Of a stretch of DNA of 64,000 bases, positions 38,461 to 49,255 are shown piece after piece (within the stretch, counting starts at the first letter, position 1; each line of letters begins with the position of its first letter). The notes under the pieces were generated by a model. The model had not been told where the DNA came from. It saw only the letters and a program-made list of their open reading frames with translations, and did not search any database. Both the position numbers and the translations under genes were made by a program. This DNA comes from Intoshia linei (Eukaryota; Animalia; Orthonectida): contig LWCA01000023.1 in NCBI GenBank assembly GCA_001642005.1, positions 1-64,000 of the forward strand, given 5' to 3'.

Positions 38461-38964
38461 GGTAAATAATTAATAATAATTGGACAACAGAAAAAAGTTT
38501 TATTAAAAACCGATTTGTTGATACATTAGAGTGGAAGACACAAAAAAAATATGTAAATATTAATAATGACATAAAAAAAGATATCAGTGACTGCCTTGAT
38601 TTTGTGTGCCCTTCGCTAACATTTGAGAAACTGGGGCAAAGTCAAGAATATAACTTTTTGATTAAAATATTTTAAATAGACCTTGAATAAAATCTCATTT
38701 TAATTTTTCAATTTAAAGTAAAATAATATATTAAGTTATGATCAGATGTATTGCCCAGGGCCGCACGTTGTGCACCCCTACTCTAAGAGGTATCGCTCTA
38801 ACAATACATATAACAAATGAATGTTTGCCGTTAAATGGAATTTTTTAAAAGATGAGCTAAAAATAAAAAATTATAACGTTGATCTATTGTTGTATGAATC
38901 AGTATTTTATTAATTAAGGATTAATATATTAATTGGTTAACATATTTAGGTAAATAACAAAAAC

Positions 38965-40338
38965 ATGATTAATTCTTATTCTCGGTGTGTTCCAACAAAC
39001 ACATCATTGAATAATTACAATAATTGTAATTCTTGTAATATGAAAACAGAAGAAAAATTGTCACTTATACGAAGTGGATTAAATAATAATTTACAATATC
39101 AAAAGTATAATAAGGTAGATTTTGGAACTCAGACGGTAGGTATTATTTATCCATTCAAAAATCCAAACCAAAAGGAAAAATCTTGTAATGTTATTAACAA
39201 TAATTCAGCCTCAAAATCAACTTATACATATTTGAATCAAATTAGCCCTGGTAAAGGTAAATTTATAGTTTTAAAATTTTGTTAACTAATTCGTAAATTC
39301 TTGTTACGGATCGGATGTGACTCTTGGTACAATGTAGACTAACATGATCATATGATCAGATTGAATTTAAAATAAATGAATTTTTCAACATATTTTTAAT
39401 TTTTAGGTTATTGGAGAGTTCAACTGGACCACATGTATGCTCACATAAAATCTTACGCAACTAAAAACGCAAATTTTCGTGATTTAATTTCTGAAGTGAA
39501 TTTAGGAAAGGTACACTAAAAATAAAAATATGAATAATATAACATTGAATAAATATTCTAGATTATATCTACAACAGTAACAGAAGATTCAACAGAGTTT
39601 ACAATGTCGGCTACATTCCAATATCACGGAACTACTCTAGTTCGAACCATGAAAAAAGAAAAAGTTCTTCATAAGTTCAGTAGTAATAAAAGTTTATCTT
39701 ACATAATTAAAAATGTAAAATAGATCTTCTTCAAGACCGTATGCCTGAGAAAAAGAAATTAAGCATAGAAGATAAAAAATGTCATTATGAGAAACAATTT
39801 CTCAAATCCGTTGGAAATCGTAATTCAAAATTAGATGAAATTCAGTATTTTATAGATAATGTAAGTTTCTAAAACATTTAGGCATAAAATAATTTGAAAA
39901 TAGGGTATTAACGTGGATGCAAAAAATAAACACGGTATGAGTGCATTACACATTGCTGTCACAACAAATTACCACAAATTAGTTAAATTGTTATTGGAAA
40001 ACGGAGCAAACATTAATATATTGTCTAAACCGTAAATGTTGAGAAAATTATATAAAAATTATTTTAGTAAAAATAATACTCCCTTACATGATTCAATTTT
40101 GAATGGGAATGACGGTATCAAAATTATTGAAATTTTACTCGGGTAAAAACGATTCTCACAATTTACATATAGACTTAAAATTTTTAGATTCGGTGCTGAC
40201 GCGAGACGGACAAATAATAAAAAACAAACACCATATGATATAGCAGTTAATCTTGGACTAAAAAAAATTGCTAGTTTATTATATAAACATGTCACCAACA
40301 AACAAATCGAAAGCTGCATTATTGACAAAAAATTGTGA
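38965..40338 (+). CDS. DZANK1: DZANK1-like protein, C-terminal portion with ankyrin repeats
   Basis: GTQTVGIIYP, SPGKGYWRVQLDHMYAHIKSYA...FRDLISE...GKIISTTVTED, then ankyrin repeats GMSALHIAV, NTPLHDS and TPYDIA; stop TGA 40336-40338. Confidence 0.8.
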
Positions 40339-40427
40339 AAATAAATTTTATTGTTTTTAGATTTGATTTATTTTACAATTTCGGGTTATTTAGATTTAAC
40401 ATAAATTAAATTATATGAAGAAAAAAA

Positions 40428-40501
40428 AGACCCTGGAGGGAATCGAACCCCCGATCTCCTGATCCGAAGTCAGGCGCCTTAATCCGCTAGGCCACAGGGC
40501 C
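40428..40501 (-). tRNA. tRNA-Arg(TCG)
   Basis: GGCCCTG / CAGGGTC acceptor stem, D-arm GCCTAGCGGATTAAGGC, anticodon loop CT-TCG-GA, T-loop GGTTCGATTCC, followed by an oligo-T Pol III terminator. Confidence 0.97.
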
Positions 40502-40722
40502 ATGTTTTATCTTTATATTCTGAATACTAAACGCAAACTTTATATAATTTCAAAATTATTTCTGTATTTAAACTGTTAATTATTTGTTGATTAACATTTA
40601 TATTTTTCAATTTATTCATTTTTTAATGCTTTTTTTCATTAAAGTTTACCTTCAAATTATTTTTATACAATACATTTTATTGAAATTGTCAGGGTTGTTA
40701 ATTTAAAGTGTACGTTATTGAC

Positions 40723-43700
40723 ATGAACCAACTCAGAACGCAGGTTTGATTCATTTCATTTTAATTGGTATATAAATTAATTTAGCAATGGGCTACATTT
40801 ACCAGAGTTTGGTATGAATTTGATGCTTATCATCAGTGTCCTTTTTTATCTGCTAAACTCATTACTAAATTTTTGGAAGGACGACACAAACCTATTTATC
40901 ATCGATATGGTTTTCTTTTTGTTTGTTTAAATATCTTGTATTTTAGCTGATGTTGGCGATCATGTTGTAATTAAAAATAGTAAACATATTTCTATGCGAA
41001 GCGAATTATGGAGGGTTTTTAGATATGAACATTTTCCAAGGTAAAATAAGATTTTTTCAAATTATGACCCTTGGAGAGGTCACTAAGTGATATACGACAT
41101 CATATACATGTATTGTCATGAATTTTTTTTTAATGTCTACTGTTCATTTTTGGGTGGTTTCAAGCTGGTTGGTACGGCTTTGGCTAGATTTATTGAATAT
41201 TTTTTTAGTTTAATGTTATAATTTGCTAAATGTTGGACCACAAAAATGTTATTTTCGTATTATACTATAAAATATAAATTTATGAGATTGCATTCTTGAA
41301 AAATTAGTAGAATTTATAAATTTTTTGAGATTTTTAAAATTATCATTTTATAATCAAAATTTTTTTGGATAATCGGAAACTGACTCACAAACAAACCACT
41401 TATTTTATGAATTTTAATGTTATTTTATTATTAATTATAATTTGGAAAATTATATATCGGAAATTATCATTTAGTATAAATAATTTTTTTTTAATTTAAA
41501 TTTACAATTTTTTAATATTGTTTGGTTTATGGTATTATAAAACTTGCTCTATTTGACAAATAAATGAAATTCTATATGATTCCTGACTAATGTAACAATT
41601 TAGATATGCTAAACTAAAAAAATTTACGAGAACGGCTTGGGTTACGCATAAACTGGATCCAACTGAGGTAATATGCAAGTATATATGTCAGGGTGGTCAA
41701 ACATATGATGAGTGAGGACCAACAAATCAATTTTGCAAATTTCGCGGGACGCAACATTAAAAAATAAAATGTAGTCCAAAGGCAAGTGTAAGTCAAAATA
41801 GTACAAAAGGTCCAAAAATTAGAATTATTATGGTAAAGTACAAAAGTAAGTAGTTGAGAGTAATTAGTACAGAAAGATAAATTTATTTTTCAAAAATTTA
41901 AATTAATTCTAGATAGTGTAATTATAATGTTTTTCAAAATATATTACTGAACAATTTCGCGGGCCGCACAATTTGATCTGGCGGACTACGCTGTGGACCA
42001 GCCTGATATATGTTATACTTTTTTTATTGATGCCTATCCATACTTTTTTTATAAAAAAATCTAAACAAGTTTAAATCAAAATTCTTTGGGAAGTTATCTT
42101 TATTTTGTAAATATTTACGAGTATTTTAGGGTAGGCTCCAGACAAATAAAACAATTTTTAAGGGTTAAATAGCGTAAAAAATGTTGAGAATTCCTGTTCT
42201 ATTCCACTTGACAGAATTATTGAACTAAGAATCATTATTTAGAATCAAAGAAATGAAAAGTTGAATTATTATTTACGATAATTTTAATAACATAATAGTA
42301 ATGCGATCATAGCCGAACCAACTATGTTCGCCCTTAGAAATGATAAATGGGCCCTAACCACTTCTACATAGGCTTGGATTTAAATATACAGTCGATTCTG
42401 TTCTATATGAACATGAACAGACCAGGATTTGATCTTGTTCATACTATACTGTAATATGAACGTATATGAATGGCGATAATAATATAATTAAAAGTTTCAA
42501 AATATCCAATCAATGTTTTTTCAAACAAAATTATCGTGTTCATATATAACAGAATTGACTGTATTTTAAGTTTGCATTTGATACAAAAAGTAGTCATGAT
42601 GTTCAAAAATATAATTTTTTTAATTCTCAATTTGGAAGAATGATATCCTATTTTACAAATATTTCGTATATGCCCTAGACGAGGGTTCATATACGTTGGT
42701 TTCCGTTTTAAATACGTTGCTGAGGTTAATCTTTCTGTAATTTATAATAATTATTCAAGTTTTCTCAATTTACGTGTTATTAAATGATAATTATATGTAA
42801 ATAACTGAATTCATTAGTAATACGTACAAAATATATGTACTTCAGGAGAATCAAATTATAGTTAGTTATTGGAAGAATAATTTTCTACCCCTTCTTCAAA
42901 ATTGATGATTTATATCAGGCATTCTCAACCCTATTTCGCTGTGGACCCCTAAGATGATATTACAAAAAACCTTGGATTCCCAAAAAAATTAATAATAATG
43001 ACAATTTTTAATGAATCATTACATTTGGGTGAAACGAATGATGGTCAAAAGACATGGAGTACTCTATTTTTGCGAGGTGATAAACTTGATGAATTATTAA
43101 TATTAACCTTTAATCCGTCAATGTTCCCAAAATGGAACATGGTATTGTTTACAGTACATTATTAATTGTTTACTACATATTTTATCAGATCTTTATTAAG
43201 TCTGTATTATCTATGTTCCCTGTGAAGAATTAATATTTTATATCCCTTGGTTGATGTTTCATAGAATCATGAATATTGACTGATTTTTTGTCCCATTTTC
43301 AGTTTGAAATTTAAAGCTTCTTTTATGACTAGAAACTTGGCTCGGTCATAAATTTTAATAAAATAATTAAATAAAAACGCTGCTCCTAAAATAGAAGAAT
43401 GGAGGTTTCCCAATAAGTTTTTACACTCGTAAGTAATTTAATTTAATACCAAAGAATTTACTTTTACATGATTTTCACGTTTTATATTAGTATTTCTGAG
43501 CCTTTATGTTTTAAAAACGACTTTATGTTACTGAAAATGTCTATAATATGTAATAAATGTATATAATTTTAATGGAGTCCCAAAAAAGTGCTGTGGACCC
43601 CAAGGGGTCTACATATACCCCGTTGAGAATGGCTGATTTATATGACTGACTTGATCTTACCTGATCGTTGGGTGACATGTATGTCATCGGAAAACCTTGG

Positions 43701-44155
43701 TATAGAAAACCCAGTCAACTGTTATACTGTTAATGGCATATACATTATTAGATTTTAGGTAATCAGAAAAGCAATTTATTCGAGAATGTTCAATCACCTT
43801 ATTAGGAAAACAGATATGGAAAGATTGCACATTTTTCCCGAGGTACATTTTTTGATATAACGTATTGCACAATGTACATATTTATTATTGGATGTATTCA
43901 ACTTAGGCAATACCTGATAATATACAAAAGCGTATAGATTATAAATTACCTAAGGTTATGAATATTGAAAAAAGTTTGGATCAATATTCGCAAGATGAAA
44001 TTGACAAATTTCCTCGTTTATTTAAAAGGTACTTACACTACATACACTCTAACCTTTTAAATTTAAATTTTAGTCCTAAATATTACGTTATGGACCCAAG
44101 TGAACGCTGTGAAGATAATGCCAAAGATGTTAGCTTTGAATTTATAGAAAAGTAG
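40723..44155 (+). CDS. MRPL13: Mitochondrial ribosomal protein uL13m
   Basis: QWATFTRVWY, LEGRHKPIYH, DVGDHVVIKNS, THKLDPTE, VIRKAIY...MERLHIFPE, SLDQYSQDEIDKFPRLF; canonical introns. Confidence 0.93.
41689..42005. mobile_element. hAT MITE
   Basis: TIR CAGGGTGGTC / GACCAGCCTG; perfect TSD ATATATGT. Confidence 0.88.
42916..43635. mobile_element. hAT MITE
   Basis: TIR CAGGCATTCTCAAC / GTTGAGAATGGCTG; perfect TSD ATTTATAT. Confidence 0.9.
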
Positions 44156-44565
44156 ATACATTCGTTTCCAAATTTAAAATTAATTTATACATTTCCGATC
44201 ACTGTACAAATACATTAAATACCATTAATCATATTTACTTATAATTTTTTTATTCATGGTTATTAGTAGGACAATATTGTATTTACGTGTCAAGAACCAC
44301 TTCAAAATAAAAGTAAACGATAATGATCTAATTTTACCTGAAAATTAGTCTTTTTCTCCATGCGCTACCCCAGACTTTTGAAGTATGTCTATGCAATGAA
44401 TTAATTCAAAGTCATTCATAATTATCAAAACCTTGAAATATTTTGGCCTTCGTTTACTATTTGAACAATTTTTATTTTTTAGTGTCCCCTACACCTAAAA
44501 AGAGTATACAAATTTCAAAATAATGGAATGGTAAAATTTTAATTTGATACAAATGTACAAATAAA

Positions 44566-45429
44566 TCAAGGTTTAAAATCAAATGGCCAAGCCGATTGCC
44601 TTTCATCGGCTATATTTAATTCATGTGTATAAAAATATAATGAAATTACTATTAAACATTTTTTTCATGACGTAGGCATCTTCTCCATCAGCATAATATT
44701 TGGGTTCCGTTTTAATTATCCTATATAATTAACAAATTACATAAAGTTTAAGTGTTCCTAACAGTGCATATACGGGAACAAATATATATCTTTATAAAAC
44801 GTCAATATAAATATAGTTAAAATTTCAAAATTTAGTCATTAAAATGTTTGAGGACTCACTCAGTAATCAAGTTAAAAAAATATAAAATCATTTAATGTAA
44901 AATTACTTGAATTTAAAATTATCTTTATACATGTGTAAAGCTGCTCTATTCGAAACTCTAACATGTAAAGATACTTCTTTTGCGCCGCGAATGTTGGTCA
45001 TTGTGTTTATAGTCAAGTCCATCAATTTTTTCGCTATACCCATTCTCCTATGAGTCCTTTTGCACGCCTATAATCAAAATTAACCGAAATAAATGAGAAA
45101 TTACCACTGAAGTAATATGCCCTGTGGGAGGATCATCTTCCCTAAATAAAACTATTAAACATAATTATTGTATTACAATTTAGCCAAAACATATCCTACA
45201 ATTGACCCATCATCATCTTCAGCCACAAATGTCAACTAAATTTATAAAAAAACTGAAACCGAAAAAAATACAGATGGACACATTAAATAATGATAAAAAT
45301 AGTATCGCAATTGATAATTTTCTGGTAAGCTTTCCAAGTTGCATTCCTGAATCTTAATCAAATCTTGTGGCTAAATAGTCAATAATTTTCATTTTTTGAA
45401 AAAAATACTTTTGCACGTCTGATATTCAT
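44566..45429 (-). CDS. NAA10: N-alpha-acetyltransferase 10 (ARD1), 7 exons
   Basis: MNIRRA, CNLESLPENYQLRYYFYH, IVGYVLAK, GHITSV, HRRMGIAKKLM, SLHVRVSNRAALHMY, EPKYYADGEDAYVM. Confidence 0.95.
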
Positions 45430-45465
45430 CAATAAAGTTACTTTTAATTATTTGAAAAAATATAA

Positions 45466-46034
45466 ATGGATTTTAGTATTATTGTTACGAAAATATTTTC
45501 ATCTTGGTCAACTTTACAAGTATAAACTAATTTTTTAATTTGGAAATGTTTAATAGTTTCTAAAGAAAAATAGCGAACATCCACATGTAAACGAAATTTG
45601 CGAATGGTTAATTTCTGTCGTTGTGGATTGGTTCAAGATGAATGGTTTCCTATTTTTTTTAATTTACTATTTCTATTTAGATGACATACAAAATTATGAA
45701 TTGTCCAGTTTTATACAAGAAATACTGGATAATGAATTAAATGTTTATATTGATGACGGATCATTAAACCTAGTTGTTTTTGATTCTGCATAGTTTAATT
45801 TTCGTCTTAGATATCATCTACCTTATGCGAATGTTATAGAAATCTATCAAATCAAAAATTAGAACCCATAACCGTTTTATTGGAAAAACTCGATATAACC
45901 AAAACTTCATATACCATAACACCTTTCGAGGTTCATTGAATTTAATGTATTTAAATATCTTTTAGACAACCAAAATTAACTCTACGAAACCTGAAAAACA
46001 AATTGACGAAGACGGATGGATCTTAAATTCATAA
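45466..46034 (+). CDS. TSR2: Pre-rRNA-processing protein TSR2
   Basis: Spliced IFSSWSTLQ...EWLISVVVDWF...ELSSFIQEILDNELNVYIDDGSL...DEDGW; stop 46032-46034; absent from the ORF track because of micro-introns. Confidence 0.8.
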
Positions 46035-46052
46035 AATGTATAATTTTTTTAA

Positions 46053-48563
46053 TTAAAAAAAGTCATTTCTTCGAAATCCTCCATCTGGATCACCGAATGG
46101 CCTTCTTAAGGGCATTTCATCGTCTGGATTATCAAATGGATCAAGTGGTCTCCTATTTCTGGGGTAAGTGTTGTCTTCTGGGTCAAATGGTAAATATGGA
46201 TCGAAACGAGGCCTTGGGTGTGGTCCCATATGCGATTGATGGTATCCAGCTAAATGAAAATTTATTTAGAATTTATAAATAAGTGATTTATGAACAAAAA
46301 ATTACGAAATATAGGCATGTAGTCATAATCACCTCCAACAATACCTGGTGGTCTAATTATGCGTTGGGGTCCATGGGTATGCCGTTCTCTTTCAACTGGA
46401 GCACTAGCAAGATGAAATGGTCGCTCAGTAAACCTTGTACTATTTTCTAAATTTAAAAATCAATAACATTTCAAAATTATGCAACTATTCTGTAGATCTT
46501 TATAGTGGCATTTTACAGAATTTTCTTTTACCAGTTTTAATAAATGATGAGAAGTCTTAACAAAGTTTTTTAACAGAATCAAATCCATGTTCAATGCTAT
46601 TTTAATCTAAAATAAATAATTTATCAATGAGTTTATTAGATTATTCTTTTTTGTTAAATTAATTACAAATATATAAAAACAAGTTCACAGTATACTCAGC
46701 TTGTCTCGTGTTTGAATTAAACTGCCCCCTCTGAAGCAAAAAAATTTTATAAATAAAGTAGCAAATATCGTCACCATTACTTAAAACATAATAAACTATC
46801 ATTTAGAACAGTGCCCACCAAAGTACGATCCGCAGGCCTAATCCGACCCGCGAATTACAAATCCTTACTTATATAATATGCTACGCAATATTTGTTTGTG
46901 TGTTCCACTTTATTTCAATAACTACTAGTCTTAGAATTTTATAAAGTCCACATTTCAATTGGAGTTTTTACCGGGTGATCATAAGATAAATTTCAGCCTC
47001 CCAAATTCACATCTTACGGGTCAAAAACCCCAATTGTCCTTTTTTTTGAAAATCAAACGAGTTGGAGAATTTAAAAAGATATACGCTGATACGGATTTTA
47101 AAATCATAAACATCATCATAAATTTTAAAAAATTATATCTTCAGGGCCAAAACCACAAATTACTCTTTTTTTATAAAAACAGCCCTACAATTTAAAAAAA
47201 TTTACAGGTGGTACAGTTGTATCCTGTTAACACACATAAAAAATTATAATCTGAATAAGTACGACTTCACGGTCCAAAAAGTATTTTAGTATTCATATTT
47301 TATTAAAACAAAAAATGTGAAATAATTAACGGTCCGAAAATTTAAAAAAAAGATTATTTTGATAGAGCTTATTTCAGTTGATATAAATACAAAATTTTAA
47401 CTCCATAAATTTTAATTATTTTGATTTTTAAACGTCTTTTAAAATATCAAAAAAACAAAATATAAATACATGTGATTAATATTGGTTTTTCCATTTTTAA
47501 AAATTAAGTAACTGCAACAGCTTCAGATTACAAATCATAAAGTTTTTGACACGAATACTTAATACCGGGAAAAAAATAATGTTAACCTTTAATGAAGTGC
47601 CGTGGGTATTTTTACCTTATTTATAAATAAATTAAAAACACCCTGCGCAACTTGATTAAAAGAAAAGAAATAAAGTAGTCAATGAGAAAATTAGTGAATT
47701 CGGTATTTATTGGTAATTTTTTTTTAATATTACCAATATAGGCATAGGTAGATCATTTATTGTTATCCTGTTACAATTTGGTAAATCTAAATTTAAATGT
47801 TAAAAAAATAAATTATATAACAATGATTGATGATACCCTTTCCTAATATATCAGTCTTACAACAAAAAAGGTTTATTTTTTAAGATTTTTCAAAATAAAT
47901 ATGTTTTAAATTGTCCTGCACTAGACGTCTGTTCCCACCTCTTACCTTTAACACTTTAGGGGTTGCATTAAATTTTTAAATTTCTCGCGCAGTTTGCCAC
48001 CCAGTTTGGCCACACTTCACTTTAAGATATACTTAAATAAAGAAAAAGGAAGTTGAGTACATCAATATAGAGAAAATGTCTAGTAAATTATAAAATTACT
48101 TGTAGAAGACCATTCCATCAAAGGCAGTAAAAAAGAATTATTTAAAAGACTCATCAGTTTAGATTTATCTAAAATGTTTAAATCTATTTTACAAATTAGA
48201 GAAATACATAGAAAAAATACCTCGAAAATACTCGCGCGCATCGATATGAATACCTACTAAATTATCGTAACAGGTATTAAGATTTGAGACATCGACAATT
48301 AGTGAGTATCTTGATTCGGAAATATTTATCAAAATGAAATTAAATGTTGTATGGGAATAAGTGTTGTGATGAAAATTACCACAGATACTTTTTTGGTTTG
48401 GTAAATGTAGTTTTAAATTCTTTACATTTGTCATAAATCCATTGTTTTTCAAAAAACAAATTACAATCGTATACAATAATTCAATTTCATTTATTGGTTT
48501 AAGTTCAGAACGTAATTTTTCAAATCCACTGAAATATGTCGATAGCGAACCTTTACTCTCCAT
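46053..48563 (-). CDS. FBXO7: FBXO7/Nutcracker-like F-box protein (FP domain, F-box, Pro-rich tail)
   Basis: FP-like ELLYTIVICFLKNNGF; F-box DLPMPILIKIALNMD; tail PPGIVGGDYD and PRPRFDP; ends NDFF*. Confidence 0.7.
46862..47410 (+). mobile_element. Helitron-like copy (5' part)
   Basis: A^TCCTTACTTATATAATATGCTACGC start; reverse complement of roughly 380-1051. Confidence 0.75.
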
Positions 48564-49116
48564 ATTTCTTTTCAATTTCCATGTTTTTTGTTGTGATGAT
48601 AACAATTTTCATTTTAAATTTGAAATAATTTAATTTAATTTTATGCGTTAAAATTTGATGCTGAATTTAGGACCTAAATTTTAGGCGGATATTAAAATGG
48701 AATATTGATATATCTTTATATTAAATCTAAACATTTTTTTAATTGTTCTTGAAAATTGTTACCGCTTTTATCACACAAGTCACTTATAATGAAAATTAAT
48801 GTAATATAAACATCGACCATGTTAACAAGTATTATGTTCTAATCGTTAGAATCTAATGGTAGTCATTTGGTATGTCTAATGAAATTCCTATAGACTCCAG
48901 ATTCTAGAAAAAATATGTAATTTTTTTTCATTACTCCCATTTAAGAATAAAACTGAATTTAGGCTTTGAATAGCTAATATTGGACTAACTTATTATTTTC
49001 AGTAGGCATGTATTTATTTACATTTCTAAAAATAGTCAAAATTTGAATAAAAATAATAAAATTGTTGGTAAATTGCTATGCTAATAAAGTTAACATATTC
49101 TTCGTGACTGACAACA

Positions 49117-49146
49117 TGACGTGTACACTACTTTATATTTCATTGG
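49117..49146 (+). promoter_or_regulatory. Candidate UPR elements upstream of HSP90B1
   Basis: TGACGTGT (49117-49124) and inverted CCAAT box ATTGG (49142-49146), 110-140 bp before the ATG. Confidence 0.45.
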
Positions 49147-49255
49147 CCAAAGCTTGTAGTTAGTCAAAGAAAAACAAATTCAAAACTCTATAAAATTAAG
49201 ACACGTGTATTTTGAAAAATTGTATACAAAATCACTTCACTACAATTTTTTCGAA

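Noticed and set aside
43189-43233. Candidate MRPL13 exon IFIKSVLSMFPVKN inside a MITE
   Set aside because: It ends in a stop without a donor; the true exon (VIRKAIY...LHIFPE) is at about 43759-43842.
44330-44510. Possible U1-like snRNA on the minus strand (ACGAAGG, CATTGCA, AATTTTCAGG words)
   Set aside because: There is no ATACTTACCTG 5' end, motif spacing is wrong and no convincing stems form; an Infernal/Rfam search would settle it.
46053-48563. PSMF1/PI31 assignment
   Set aside because: An F-box-like segment and the GGDYD/RPRFDP tail fit FBXO7 better.
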